A stretch of 64,000 nucleotides of DNA from an uncultured Bacteroidales bacterium (GCA_963790105.1 CAWBNI010000015.1:133793-197792); one strand, 5' to 3'; positions 22,228 through 33,037 are shown, counted from the stretch's first letter. The notes: generated by a model from the letters alone, not told the origin. A program made the numbers and translations.

Positions 22228-24686
22228 TTATGCGAATTTGAAGGGTTTTTCTACTTTTTCTTCCATCAGGGCCAGGTCAAGAACCTGCATGATATTGTGA
22301 ACATAATGAAATGTTAATCCCTTCAGATAGATTTCATTGATTTCCAGTATATCCTTTCTGTTTTCTTCAGAAAGGATTATTTCCGTAATATCAGCCCGTT
22401 TGGCGGCCAGTATTTTTTCCTTTATTCCTCCAACCGGCAACACTTTTCCCCTAAGAGTAATTTCACCGGTCATGGCAATCTGGTTTTTCACTTTGCGCTG
22501 TGTAAGCGCGGAAGCAATGGATACTGCCATCGTAATGCCGGCTGATGGTCCATCCTTTGGTATAGCGCCCTCAGGAACGTGAATATGAAAATTCCAGTTT
22601 TCAAACATTTCAGGGGTAAGGCCCAACAGATCGCTGTGCGATTTGATATATTCCAGGGCAATTACTGCGGATTCCTTCATCACCTCTCCCAGGTTTCCGG
22701 TAAGGGTGAGATGTGCCCTTCCCTTTGCTCAGACTGGTTTCCACAAACAATATCTCACCTCCCACAGCCGTCCATGCCAATCCGGTGACCACGCCTGCAA
22801 ATTCATTTCCCTGGTATTTGTCCTTAACATATCGGGGTGCGCCGAGTATGGTCTCAATATCCTTAATGGTAAGCTTCCTGTTGAAATTTTCATCCGTGGC
22901 AACCTTCCTGGCTATTACCCGCACAACCTTGGCCAATGTTTTATCCAGTTCCCTCACACCCGATTCACGGGTATAATTTTCAATAAGATATTCCAGGATA
23001 TCTTTTGTAAAAGTAACTGACTTTGAAGTAAGGCCATGGTTGACCAGTTCTTTGGGTACCAGGTGCCGGTGAGCGATTTCTATTTTTTCTTCCATGATAT
23101 AACCGCTCACATTGATCAGTTCCATCCTGTCGAGCAGGGCCGGGTTGATCGTATTGGTCATATTGGCTGTAGCAATGAACAATACCTTTGAAAGATCAAA
23201 CTCGAGTTCAAGGAAATTATCATAGAAGTTGCTGTTCTGCTCAGGATCCAGTACCTCCAGCAAAGCAGATGCAGGATCGCCATGATAATCCCGGCCGACC
23301 TTATCGATTTCATCCAGCACGAAAACCGGGTTGCTGGATTTCACTTTCTTAAGGCTTTGCATGATCCTTCCGGGCATTGCCCCGATATAGGTTTTGCGGT
23401 GTCCGCGTATTTCAGCCTCATCGTGCAATCCACCCAGTGACATCCTGATATATTTACGGTTCAGCGCTTTGGCCACTGACTTGCCCAGTGAGGTTTTTCC
23501 AACACCCGGAGGTCCGTACAGGCAGATAATCGGAGATTTCATATCACCCTTGAGCTTTAGAACAGCCAGGTGTTCAATGATCCTGTCTTTCACCTTTTCC
23601 AGTCCGAAGTGATCCTTGTCAAGTATCCGTTGCGCCCTGTTTCAGGTCGAAGTTGTCTTTGGTAAATTCGTTCCAGGGAAGTTCAAGCAGTGTCTGCAGG
23701 TAATTCAGCTGAACCGAGTATTCGCCGGTTGCCGGATTAAGCCTGTTCAGCTTATCTACTTCCTTGTAAAAAGTAGCCGCCACTTCCTTGTTCCATTTTT
23801 TCTTTTTTCCCTTTGCCTTCAGCTCTTCAATTTCCTGCTCCATCGGATTACCCCCCAGCTCATCCTGAATGGTCTTCATTTGCTGGTGCAGGTAATATTC
23901 CCGCTGTTGCTGGTCCATATCAATCTTTACCCTGGTTTGAATATCATGCTTTAATTCAAGCATTTGCACCTCCCGGGTAAGATAATGCAACAGCGAGGTA
24001 GCTCTCTTCTTCAGGTTGTTTTGTTCAAGCAGGTGTTGCTTTTCAAGCATACGGATATCGCTGTTTGAACTGATAAAATTGATAAGGAATGAGGAGCTTT
24101 CAATATTTTTTACAGCAAAGGAAGTCTCAGGGGGTATATTGCTTGAAAGCTTGATTATTTTCAAGGAAAGATCTTTCAGTGATCCAACAATGGCTTCGAA
24201 TTCCGGATCCTTTTTCTTGGGCTTCACATCTTCCATCGCGCTCACCTTGGCCAGATAATAAGGCTCTGTACTGATGACCTCATCTATGCGAAAACGCTTT
24301 TTCCCCTGGATGATTACGGAAGTACTTCCATCAGGCATTTCAAGTATTCTAAGCAACTGGGCAACTGTACCCACATTATATAATTCTTCCGGCCCGGGTT
24401 CATCCACATTCGGATCTTTCTGGGCAACTGTACCAATGATCTTTGATTTATGATAGACATCCCTTACCAGCTTCATCGATTTATCCCTGCCAACCGTAAT
24501 GGGAATGATCACTCCCGGAAAAAGCACTGTATTTCTGAGTGGAAGAATGGGAAGCGTATCCGGAATCTTCGTCATGGTAATACTTTCCTCATCTTCCTCA
24601 GAAATCAGCGGTATAAAATCTGAATCCTCATTAACGGATGATGAAAGAAAAAAATCGGATAATCTCTTTTCCTGCAATTTGCTCAT
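22228..24686 (-). pseudogene. lon: ATP-dependent Lon protease, split into three frames
   Basis: Fragments are 23619..24686 (LON N-domain), 22610..23593 (AAA+ with GPPGVGKTS) and 22228..22683 (protease domain, catalytic-Ser motif [12 protein letters not shown]). One shift maps to CCC at 23635-23637; removing one C restores ...[23 protein letters not shown]. Confidence 0.9.
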
Positions 24687-24823
24687 ATGATTTTAATTCA
24701 ACGAAAATTTAAACAAACTAAACGACAAAATGTCAGCCCTGATCTAAAATAACATGATCCCTCAGATAAGGCAATCTTCATGCCACATTTTGAAAACCCG
24801 ATAAACAGTAGGAAGTAGAATAA

Positions 24824-26031
24824 TCAGAGTGATTTGCGGTAGCGATCTGTAACCTTGAAAACGCTGGCAATAATTTTCCGGTCGACTTCACTGAGCGTTA
24901 AATTTCGGCTCATCATGGCCTTTTCAATTGTTTCAAATGACTTATCTACCCGGTACGTTTCAAACCCGGCTGCACCGCCCCAGGAAAAAGAAGGTATAAA
25001 ATTGCCCGGAAAACCGGCACCATAAATATTTGAACTTATGCCAACAACAGTACCTGTATTAAACATGGTATTGATGCCGCATTTGGAATAATCACCCATC
25101 ATGAGTCCGCAAAACTGCAACCCGGTGTCTTCTGCCCTGCCCGTAACATAATCCCACACCTTTACACGGGTGTAATTATTTTTTAAATTGGATGTATTTG
25201 AATCTGCCCCGATATTGCACCATTCACCAAGGGCGGAATTTCCCATATACCCTTCATGTACCTTATTGGAATAAGCAAACAGGATTGAATTGGTGACTTC
25301 ACCGCCTACCTTTGAAAATGGGCCCAGGGTGGTTGGACCGTATATTTTGGCTCCCATTTTTACAATCGCTCCTTCGCAGAGCGCAAAAGGACCGCGAATC
25401 AAGGCGCCTTCCATGATCTCGGTATTGCGGCCAAGATAGATCGGACCAGTGGACGCATTGAGTGTTACATATTCCAGCTTCACCCCTTCTTCAGCAAAAA
25501 TACGATCGGGCCGTAAAAGATTGTTCGTGGTGCTGATGGGTGCAGAAATTTTTCCGGCAGTAACGAGCTCATAGTCACTGATCAGTTCCTGTCCGTTGTA
25601 ATAAAACAGGTGCCATGGCCTGTTTATCCTGAGAAAGGTGGACAAGGCCTGCTTTTGAACAAATCCTGCCGGAACCGTATAATCAAAATCCCCAAGTTCG
25701 GATTTGTCAAGGCATACTGCGATCAAGAACGAATCTTTAACCAGGGTTTCTCCCGGATTTAATGCTTCTATTTCTTCAACCAGATCGGCATTGGGTGTGA
25801 TAGCCCCATTAATAAGCACATTCATATCACCTTGCTACAAGGGGGTATTTTTCCTGGAGATAGTCCTGTGTCAGCGACGATGCTGTGCATATGCAACCAC
25901 ATCTCCCATTTTTCACGGATAGTAAGTATGCCCAGACGAATTTCAGCTACAGGCCGAATAAAGGTAAATGGCAAAAGACGGTCACGCGACAGGTCATCAA
26001 AAAGGATATAATTGCGATTGTTATCAGACAT
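24824..26031 (-). pseudogene. putative sugar nucleotidyltransferase with left-handed beta-helix (GlmU-family-like), at least two frameshifts at 25820-25870
   Basis: Fragments 25822..26031 and 24824..25825. A third frame carries QDYLQEKYPLVAR between them. The C-terminal half has hexapeptide-repeat character. Confidence 0.6.
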
Positions 26032-26123
26032 GGGTCAACTTCACATGAGTACAAATATACGCTAAATTGCAGTGAAAGATTAGTTTCAGATATTGCAAAA
26101 TCAATGCCGTGAATGAATTGCTA

Positions 26124-26157
26124 TAAAAAAACTCCGTTTCCATATGAAAACGGAGTT
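26124..26157 (-). terminator. rho-independent terminator of rpmE2
   Basis: On the minus strand: AACUCCGUUU, an 8-nt loop, AAACGGAGUU (26130-26139 / 26148-26157), followed by a U5 tract. It starts 26 nt after the rpmE2 stop. Confidence 0.7.
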
Positions 26158-26182
26158 CCAAAGACAGGCATCGTGCCAATCC

Positions 26183-26455
26183 TTATTCTTCTTTCTTTTT
26201 CTTATCGTAATGGCTCTTGTACCGTGTATTGAATTTATCAACACGTCCGGCAGTATCAACAAGTTTCATCTTGCCCGTATAGAATGGATGGGAGGTATTG
26301 GAGATCTCCATCTTGATCAGCGGATATTCCTTTCCGTCTTCGAGGGTAACTGTTTCTCTTGAAGCAGCAGTTGAACGGGTAACGAATGTATGACCATTCG
26401 ACATGTCCCTAAAAGCCACCAGCCTGTAATTCTCGGGATGTATTCCTTTTTTCAT
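26183..26455 (-). CDS. rpmE2: 50S ribosomal protein L31 type B
   Basis: I chose the start at [10 protein letters not shown], the canonical L31 N-terminus. It lacks the CxxC zinc motif, so it is type B. About 90 aa. Confidence 0.9.
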   Translation of the reverse strand: MKKGIHPENYRLVAFRDMSNGHTFVTRSTAASRETVTLEDGKEYPLIKMEISNTSHPFYTGKMKLVDTAGRVDKFNTRYKSHYDKKKKEE

Positions 26456-26537
26456 TGTTATAATCTTTAAATCTTTCAATTGCAAAATGGGATGCAAAAA
26501 TAGGCAATACTTTTTAAAGATCAAAATATATCTGCTC

Positions 26538-27724
26538 CTATTTCAAATCCCTTTCATGTTTACGGCTAAGGTTATCAAACCTCTTGAATTCCGCATTCCT
26601 GTCAAACAAATACCGGTAGGTGATATGGGTTTTTTCCTTGGTTGCACCAAATTGGCCATACATCCTGTTTACAGTAATATTATAGTCGCCCACCCATGAA
26701 AGTTCCAGTTCACGGAGGCCATCTTCACGCATGGCATCAACAAGTTTCAGGTATATTCCGCCAATGACGCCGGTACGCTGGAATTCAGGAATTACGCCCG
26801 AAATCAGGAGTCTTCCCCTGGTAATGGCCCTCCGCCTGTAATACATGAATTTAAGGATATTCAGGGGGGATAATTTCCCGTTTTTCAATTTTCTGAGTAC
26901 TTCGTTCATATCGGGGAACACCACCAGGAATCCGATGGGCTGCTCATGATGGTATGCAAACCAGATATATCTTTCATTCAGGATCGACTTTGGCATCCTT
27001 AAAAATCTGGTAAAGATCTTCATATTTTAAAGGGGTGTAAGATTCAAGAAAATCGGACCATATTTTATCATACATCACAACCATTTCCCGGAGATACTTT
27101 TCCGGATTTTTCATTTCGATATGGCGGAAATGAAAATTCAGGTTTTTTCCAGATCCGCTCGCCGAATTTTCGCATGGCCTCAGGATAAGGCCTGCTGAAA
27201 TCATCGTGAAAACAGTATTGTTCGAAGTAAGTTTTAAACCCGTACTCTTCAAATAATTGCCTGTAATACGGAAAATTATAGGGCATTCCATATCCCTGCT
27301 GCATAAATCCTTCCACAAGCAATCCCCAGTTTACAAAATTTTCGCCGAAATTGATCGGCCCGTCCATGGCCGCCATACCCTGTGACGTCAGCCAGTCTTT
27401 TGCAGTATCAAAAAGAAGGTTGGCAGACGACTGATCATTGATGCATTCAAAAAAACCAATCCCGCCTGTTGGCTGGGGATTATGAAAGCATTTGTTCTTA
27501 TCATAAAAGGCAGCGATCCTTCCGGCCAGTTCACCCTCCTGTGTTTTTAAAATCCACCGGCGGGCATCTCCATGTTCGAAACATGAGTTTTTTTCAGGAT
27601 TGAAAATATTCTCAATTTCCATATCAAGCGGACATACCCAGAAAGGATCATTTTTGTAAAGGACTTTGGGAACTTCCAGGAACTGCTTCCCTGTGATGGC
27701 ATTATTCACTTCTATAAGTACCAT
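26538..27724 (-). pseudogene. GNAT-like acyltransferase-domain protein (about 395 aa family), two frameshifts
   Basis: Three overlapping fragments: 27068..27724, 26974..27318 (C-terminal part only) and 26538..27023. The C-terminal part has GNAT-like features (QRTGVIGGIYLKL). Confidence 0.45.
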
Positions 27725-27737
27725 AGGATTGGTTTTT

Positions 27738-29259
27738 TCACAGTTTAAACCATGCTTCAGTCCAGTCGGCTTTTAATCCAACCCTGGAGCGGTGTTCAAA
27801 CTCATTTTTTTTCGGATCATAAATATAATCTTTTTTCCATTCCGCCTGATTTTCTACCACTGCTTTCAGGGCATGAAATAAAATAATCCACCTCTTCATT
27901 GTCATAACCGGATGAAGGGAAACCCTTACCCAGCCAGGCTTTTCTGAAAGATCCCCATGGTTGATCTTTTCTGTGATCTGGTGCGACCGGTCATAACTTA
28001 CTTCCAGGAGAAAATGTCCGTAGGTGCCGGCACAGGCGCAACCACCCCTTACCTGAATTCCAAAGCGGTCACTCAGCATTTTCACGATCAGGTTAAAATG
28101 AATATCCGGATGATAAAATGAAATGATGCCCAGGCGATGCTGTATGTTCCCGGCCAGGATCCTGATTCCCTCCACCTGCTGAAGTCCTTTCATCATCCGG
28201 TCAACAAGTTCTTCTTCGCGCTGCATGATCTGCCTTCACACCCATCTGTTCTTTCAGCTTCATGGCCAGGGCAGCCCGGATAGCCTGCAAAAAGCCCGGG
28301 GTTCCCCCGTCTTCCCTGGTTTCAATATCATCAACATATTTATATTCGCCCCACGGATTGGTCCAGTCAACAGTTCCGCCGCCCGGATCATCGGGGATAT
28401 CCGATTGGTATAACGAAGAATCGAATATTAAAACACCACAGGAACCGGGCCCCCCCAGAAATTTATGCGGCGAAAAATAAAGGGCATCTATTTTCTGCAT
28501 CGGGATCAGCGGGATGCATATTGATATCCACATAGGGAGCAGAGGCGGCAAAATCAACAAAGCATAAGCCATTGTATTCATGCATGATGGCTGCCATTTC
28601 GTGGTAGGGGGTAATAATGCCGGTAACATTTGAACAGGCTGTAAATGCGCCAATCTTGAATTTCCGGTCGGCATACTGATTCAGGGCTTCACGCAGGGCA
28701 TCGAGATTGATAAGCAAATTGCCGTCAGGAGGTATCATTACCACATCGGCAAGGGTTTCATACCAGGAAGTATGGTTTGAATGGTGTTCCATGTGGGTAA
28801 TAAAGACAACCGGACGGTCTTTTTCATCAATACATTCCTTTTTAATCCTCCTGTTGCTTGTGCGGAGACCCAGCATCCGCTGAAGCTTATTCACCACAGC
28901 CGTCATGCCTGCACCTGCCGTAATGATCACATCCTTTTCCCCGGCATTAACCTGCTTTTTTAATATATTCATGGGCATAACGGTAACTTAATGTCATCCG
29001 AATGCCCGTTTCATTGGTCCCGGTATGCGTATTGGCAACAAAGGGGCCAAAAACACTGGTCAGTTTTTCTTCAATTGGCGCATATAACCGGCCGCTGGCC
29101 ACCCAGTCGAAATAATAGATTTTCTTCCTGCCATAAGGAGAATCAAACCAGGCATCCTGTCCAATGATCTGATTTCTGAATTGTTCGAAATAACGTTCAA
29201 GGTTCCGGCATAGGGAATAATTTTCAAAAATAACCCCTAAAAATAATATACTTTTTCAT
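27738..29259 (-). pseudogene. class V aminotransferase / cysteine-desulfurase-like PLP enzyme, four or more frameshifts
   Basis: Fragments are 27738..28226, 28201..28674, 28463..28978 and an N-terminal piece (ERYFEQFRNQIIGQDAWFDSPYGRKKIYYFDWVASGRLY) at about 28947-29234. YFSPHKFLGGPG contains the PLP lysine. One shift maps to the T6 run at 28956-28961 (T5 restores ...HEYIKKQVNAGEKDVIIT). The start at 29259 is tentative. Confidence 0.7.
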
Positions 29260-29354
29260 GTAAAATCCTGATTTATATTCTAAAATGTAGTTGACTGCAT
29301 TTTTAGACTCCCCCATTTTTTGGATCAATTATTTCAAAAACTTGAAAAGATCAT

Positions 29355-29362
29355 TATCTTTG
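29355..29362 (+). promoter_or_regulatory. candidate Bacteroidota -7 promoter box (TAnnTTTG) upstream of tRNA-His
   Basis: TATCTTTG at 29355-29362 matches TAnnTTTG and lies 43 nt upstream of the tRNA. It is a single motif match only. Confidence 0.25.
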
Positions 29363-29404
29363 CGATCCTCCCGACTTTTTAGCGGGATGCTTTTGGGATA
29401 TTAT

Positions 29405-29479
29405 GGTGGTCGTAGCTCAGTTGGTTAGAGCGCCAGATTGTGGCTCTGGAGGTCGCCGGTTCGAGCCCGGTCTTCCACC
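29405..29479 (+). tRNA. tRNA-His (anticodon GTG)
   Basis: Cloverleaf folded by hand. Extra G-1 (29405) pairs with discriminator C73 (29479), the bacterial tRNA-His hallmark. D arm GCTC/GAGC. Anticodon arm CCAGA-TTGTGGC-TCTGG. T arm GCCGG-TTCGAGC-CCGGT. The acceptor stem has two adjacent mismatches (T5:T68, C6:T67). No encoded CCA. Confidence 0.8.
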
Positions 29480-29489
29480 CTAGAGAAAA

Positions 29490-29528
29490 GTTCTGCAGTT
29501 CTGCTGTTATGCAGTTCTGCAGTTCTGA
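29490..29528 (+). repeat. octamer tandem array (GTTCTGCA) x5, degenerate
   Basis: GTTCTGCA GTTCTGCT GTTATGCA GTTCTGCA GTTCTGA. It begins 11 nt after the tRNA-His 3' end and uses the same unit as 10930-10967. Confidence 0.95.
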
Positions 29529-29608
29529 TCCGCGGGTTATCACGCACTCTCCGTGAGTTTCGCTTCGCTTCACCCACGGTTATTCAGATTCTGCCCCTTC
29601 AGGGCCCT

Positions 29609-29630
29609 TCTCTCACCTCTCACCTCTCAT
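29609..29630 (+). repeat. heptamer tandem array (TCTCACC) x2.8
   Basis: TCTCACC TCTCACC TCTCAT at 29611-29630. The same TCTCACCTCTCA string recurs at 38591-38602. Confidence 0.85.
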
Positions 29631-29652
29631 ATCATCGGAGCTTAACCTTCCC

Positions 29653-29712
29653 TACTCCCTGCTCCTTACTCCCTACTCCCTACTTGTCCCTCAGTCCCTA
29701 GTCCCTAGTCCC
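29653..29712 (+). repeat. degenerate heptamer tandem array (TACTCCC / TAGTCCC), about 8 units
   Basis: TACTCCC TGCTCCT TACTCCC TACTCCC TACTTGTCCC TCAGTCCC TAGTCCC TAGTCCC. Confidence 0.9.
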
Positions 29713-29778
29713 TATGTTTAATTGAACAAATATCTACATAACGGGTTAAAGAAGGAAAGTCATTAAACAACCAATGCC

Positions 29779-30162
29779 ATGGATAAAAAAAGCCACCCTA
29801 CACCCGGAAATGGCAAGATCTGCTATATTGAAATACCTGCCGCTGATATCAGCGAGTCTGCTTCTTTTTATACCGCGGTATTTGGATGGGAAACCCGCCA
29901 CCGCGGTGACGGTCATCTGGCTTTTGATGATGCCATAGGTGAGGTAAGCGGCACCTGGGTAAAAGATCGCAAACCAACTACCGAAGCAGGACTCCTTATA
30001 TATATTATGGTAGCTGATATCAACCTGGCTGTTGAACAGGTAAAATCGCACGGCGGAGTTATTGTGCAGCCTGTGGGAATGGATGCCCCCGAATTGACTG
30101 CCCGGTTCAGGGATCCTGCAGGCAATATTCTTGGACTTTACCAGGAACCCGTACAAGGATAA
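29779..30162 (+). CDS. VOC-family (glyoxalase/bleomycin-resistance fold) protein
   Basis: 127 aa. Small VOC-like pattern (ICYIEIPAADISESASFYTAVFGWE...; ...RFRDPAGNILGLYQ). Confidence 0.7.
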   Translation: MDKKSHPTPGNGKICYIEIPAADISESASFYTAVFGWETRHRGDGHLAFDDAIGEVSGTWVKDRKPTTEAGLLIYIMVADINLAVEQVKSHGGVIVQPVGMDAPELTARFRDPAGNILGLYQEPVQG

Positions 30163-30184
30163 TTAAACCCTAAAATCAAATAAT

Positions 30185-30719
30185 ATGATACTCAAAATTT
30201 TAATTGTTATCGTGATTATTATGGCTATTCCCTTTGTGGTTGCTATATTTACAAAAAAAGAATACCATGTTGAAAAGATGGTTACAATCAACCGTCCGAA
30301 AAGTACTGTTTTTGATTACATCCGTTTGTTGAAAAACCAGGATAATTTCAGTGTATGGGCCATGATGGATCCTCGAAATGAAAAAATATTTCCGTGGAAC
30401 AGATGGAAATCCCGGCTTTGTTTCAGGCTGGGAAAGCACAAATAAAAAGGTGGGCAAGGGGGAACAGGAAATAAAGAAAGTTACCGACGGGGAAAGGATC
30501 GATTATGAGATCCGGTTTATTGAACCATTTGCCGGTATTGCCCTGGCAAGCATGCAAACAGATTCTCTTTCGCCTGATGAAACCCGTGTCAAATGGCAAT
30601 TTGACAGCCGGATGAAATATCCGATGAATCTCATGCTATTATTCATGAACATGGACAAAATGGTAGGAAATGACCTGGCAAAAGGGTTGGCTAATTTAAA
30701 AAAGGTACTTGAACAATAA
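30185..30719 (+). pseudogene. SRPBCC-family (polyketide cyclase/START-like) protein with N-terminal TM anchor, one frameshift near 30400
   Basis: Fragments 30185..30445 and 30378..30719. Typical features are INRPKSTVFDYIRLLKNQDNFSVWA and the C-terminal helix. Confidence 0.6.
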
Positions 30720-30722
30720 AAT

Positions 30723-31586
30723 ATGCCCTGGGTTAATTTTCATTCTCATTCCCTTTTCAGCGACGGAAAAGCAACTCCCGAAGAGTTTATCAAATCAGCT
30801 ATTTCCAAAAAATTCCCTGCTTTTGGCTATTCCTGCCATTCCCCGGTTCCCTTTCCAACCAAATGGAATATGGATGCCGGCAAACTCCAGGAATACCTTG
30901 GCGAAATTGCCAGGATCCGGCTTGCTTACAAGGATATAATTGAAGTGTATGCCGGACTTGAACTTGATTACATCAATGGCGTCCCCCACCTTCCGGTAAG
31001 CGAACTAAAAGAAATGGGATGTGATTATATCCTGGGCTCTGTGCATTTTATTGACCGTTATCCCGACGGTTCCTGGTTTTGTTTTGACGGTAAACCCGAC
31101 ATGTTTTTCCAGGGGGTTGAAATCATTTACAAAAATGATTTTCGGAAAGCCATTACAGGATATTATGAAAAAACAAGAATGATGGTGGATAAAGACTGTC
31201 CGGATATTATCGGGCATATGGACAAAATAAAAATGCACAATACTGTAAAGCCCTATTTTGATGAAGAAGATGATTGGTACAGGAAGCAGGTGCAGGAAAC
31301 CCTTGATCTGATCGCAGAAAAAGGATGCATCATGGAAGTCAGCTCCCGTGGATTGTATAAGCACGATCCGCCCCTGTTATACCCTGATGCCTGGGTTATT
31401 AAACAAGCCTTCCTGCGTAAAATACCGGTAATGATAAACTCCGATGCACATCACCCCGATGAAATTGACTATTATTTTACAGAGATAGCATTGATACTGA
31501 AACAAACCGGATATAAAACACTGCGTGTATTGCACAAGGGATCGTGGCAGGATATGTCGTTCAGTGAGACGGGTATTTTGTACTGA
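30723..31586 (+). CDS. PHP-domain histidinol-phosphatase (HisJ) family protein
   Basis: 287 aa. N-terminal metal motif NFHSHSLFSDG, with later His/Asp motifs (GSVHF, IGHMD, NSDAHH). Confidence 0.75.
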   Translation: MPWVNFHSHSLFSDGKATPEEFIKSAISKKFPAFGYSCHSPVPFPTKWNMDAGKLQEYLGEIARIRLAYKDIIEVYAGLELDYINGVPHLPVSELKEMGCDYILGSVHFIDRYPDGSWFCFDGKPDMFFQGVEIIYKNDFRKAITGYYEKTRMMVDKDCPDIIGHMDKIKMHNTVKPYFDEEDDWYRKQVQETLDLIAEKGCIMEVSSRGLYKHDPPLLYPDAWVIKQAFLRKIPVMINSDAHHPDEIDYYFTEIALILKQTGYKTLRVLHKGSWQDMSFSETGILY

Positions 31587-31926
31587 TCAATTCATCATCC
31601 TGATAAGTTATTTCGCATAGACTGTTTCCGTTCCGATCCCAATATTCCCATTTTCCGGATAATTTGCCATTCTGAAAAAACCCTCTCCGCTTCATCTTGC
31701 CGTTGCTGTACCAGATCTGTGCCTCGCCGTGAAGACGGCCTTCTTTATAGGTAAATTCTTCAAGCACCTTCCTGTCGTTCAGAGATACCACTGAACATTT
31801 TCCGGTAAAAGGACCATAGCTGCCATCCACATAAAAAATATCCGGACTGATCTCTGCCTCCGTAATAACTACCTTACTGGAGCAGGCAAACGTGGTTAAC
31901 AATAATATAGCGATTAATCCTTTCAT
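31561..31926 (-). CDS. MORN-repeat-variant (YwqK-like) lipoprotein
   Basis: 121 aa. Signal peptide with Cys (TFACSS), then repeated G-x-W-x-Y-Y/W-x-NG units (GEAQIWYSNGKMK, GKWEYWDRNGN). Confidence 0.6.
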   Translation of the reverse strand: MKGLIAILLLTTFACSSKVVITEAEISPDIFYVDGSYGPFTGKCSVVSLNDRKVLEEFTYKEGRLHGEAQIWYSNGKMKRRGFFQNGKLSGKWEYWDRNGNSLCEITYQDDELISTKYPSH

Positions 31927-32053
31927 AACGGGGAACTGATTTGCTTTCGTTTCAATTATATAACGGAAATTCCCAGCCGGGAGTTCGCTTTTATTGATGA
32001 ACCCGGTAAATCACAAATTGAATTATCGATTATGAGGGATGAACAGTGAACCG

Positions 32054-32497
32054 TTATTTGTTAAGTTCCGCGTTCCTTTTCCAGTCCTCGGCCCTTCCTA
32101 TGAATTTCATGCCAAGAACATACCCTTTTAACGTCATTGTATTGGCGTCTCCGTCAAACCAGGCATAGCAGTCGTAGGTTTTGCCATTATCGGGGTCATA
32201 TACTGTGCCACCCTCCCAACGGTTTTTCTCTGTATTGAATGAAAAATCCTTCAGGATCATCAATCCCCAGATCTTTTTGGACCGCTGGGCCTCATCCGGA
32301 TTATTGACATCCAGTTTGTCTTTGTCTTCCTTTAACCATTCCACTTTACCATAATATTTGCCATTGGTTGCCTTGAATATCCTGACCTGGGAAGTACCCT
32401 TGGCCGGAACCCAAATGCCGAGGATCTTATCTGCCTGACCATAGGTAAATGCAGAGGCAAACAAAAGACAGGCAATGAAAAGGAGGTTTTTCTTCAT
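32054..32497 (-). CDS. DUF2147-like secreted protein
   Basis: I chose the start at MKKNLLFIA. ILGIWV...GKYYGKVEWLKE...DPDNGKTYDC...LTLKGYV matches my recollection of DUF2147. Confidence 0.6.
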   Translation of the reverse strand: MKKNLLFIACLLFASAFTYGQADKILGIWVPAKGTSQVRIFKATNGKYYGKVEWLKEDKDKLDVNNPDEAQRSKKIWGLMILKDFSFNTEKNRWEGGTVYDPDNGKTYDCYAWFDGDANTMTLKGYVLGMKFIGRAEDWKRNAELNK

Positions 32498-32533
32498 AGT
32501 GATCTGAATTAAAGGATTAAACATGCACTAAAG

Positions 32534-33028
32534 TTAATTTTTTCTTTTTAATATGATGAATTCATAGGTAAAATCGTTCTGGGGATCTGGTTCCGGCATT
32601 TCCCGGCTGATCTCCTCCCATTGATCTTCAACGATATCCGGAAAAAAAGTATCCGCATCAAAGGAACGATTAACCCGGGTTAGATAAAGGCGGTCGGTAT
32701 ACGGAAGAAACTGCCTGTAAATGGAAGCGCCGCCGATTACAAAACTTTCCTCATTTTCAGGGCAATTTTTAATTGCCTCATCCACCGAAAATACAGTCAC
32801 ACAACCATCGAAATGATCATCCGCGTTATCGGTTATCACTATATTCCTCCTGTTCTTCAGGGGCCTTACCGGCAAAGAAAGATACGTGTTCTTGCCCATG
32901 ATCACCGTATGATCGAGCGTGAGCTGTTTGAACCGCTTTAAATCAGCTGAAATATGCCACAGCAGGTCGTTATTCTTTCCTATTCCATTGTTTTCAGCAA
33001 TAGCTACGATGATTGAAATATTTTTCAT
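32534..33028 (-). CDS. folA: dihydrofolate reductase
   Basis: 164 aa. IVAIAENNGIGKNNDLLWHISADLKRFKQLT and VIGGASIYRQ motifs. Adjacent to thyA. Confidence 0.9.
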   Translation of the reverse strand: MKNISIIVAIAENNGIGKNNDLLWHISADLKRFKQLTLDHTVIMGKNTYLSLPVRPLKNRRNIVITDNADDHFDGCVTVFSVDEAIKNCPENEESFVIGGASIYRQFLPYTDRLYLTRVNRSFDADTFFPDIVEDQWEEISREMPEPDPQNDFTYEFIILKRKN

Positions 33029-33037
33029 TCGAGGTAT

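Noticed and set aside
29438-29701. 87-aa plus-strand ORF starting inside tRNA-His and running through the repeat arrays
   Set aside because: It overlaps a well-folded tRNA, and its translation is low-complexity (LLLCSSAVL, LTSHLSY, PTPCSLLPTPYLSLSP) produced by reading the 7-8-nt arrays. There is no coding signal.
29405-29779. tRNA-His-linked genomic island or integrated element
   Set aside because: No integrase, no phage or transposon genes, and no direct repeat of the tRNA 3' end within the window. The downstream genes are small housekeeping-type enzymes.
29746-30156. 136-aa minus-strand ORF opposite the VOC gene
   Set aside because: The plus-strand frame has the glyoxalase/VOC-like pattern and sensible boundaries. 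The minus-strand product has no recognisable features.
31561-31926. YwqK-like MORN protein as the antitoxin of a toxin-antitoxin pair
   Set aside because: No adjacent toxin-like gene. It has a lipoprotein signal peptide and converges on the neighbouring PHP phosphatase. MORN-variant lipoproteins are common standalone genes in Bacteroidota.
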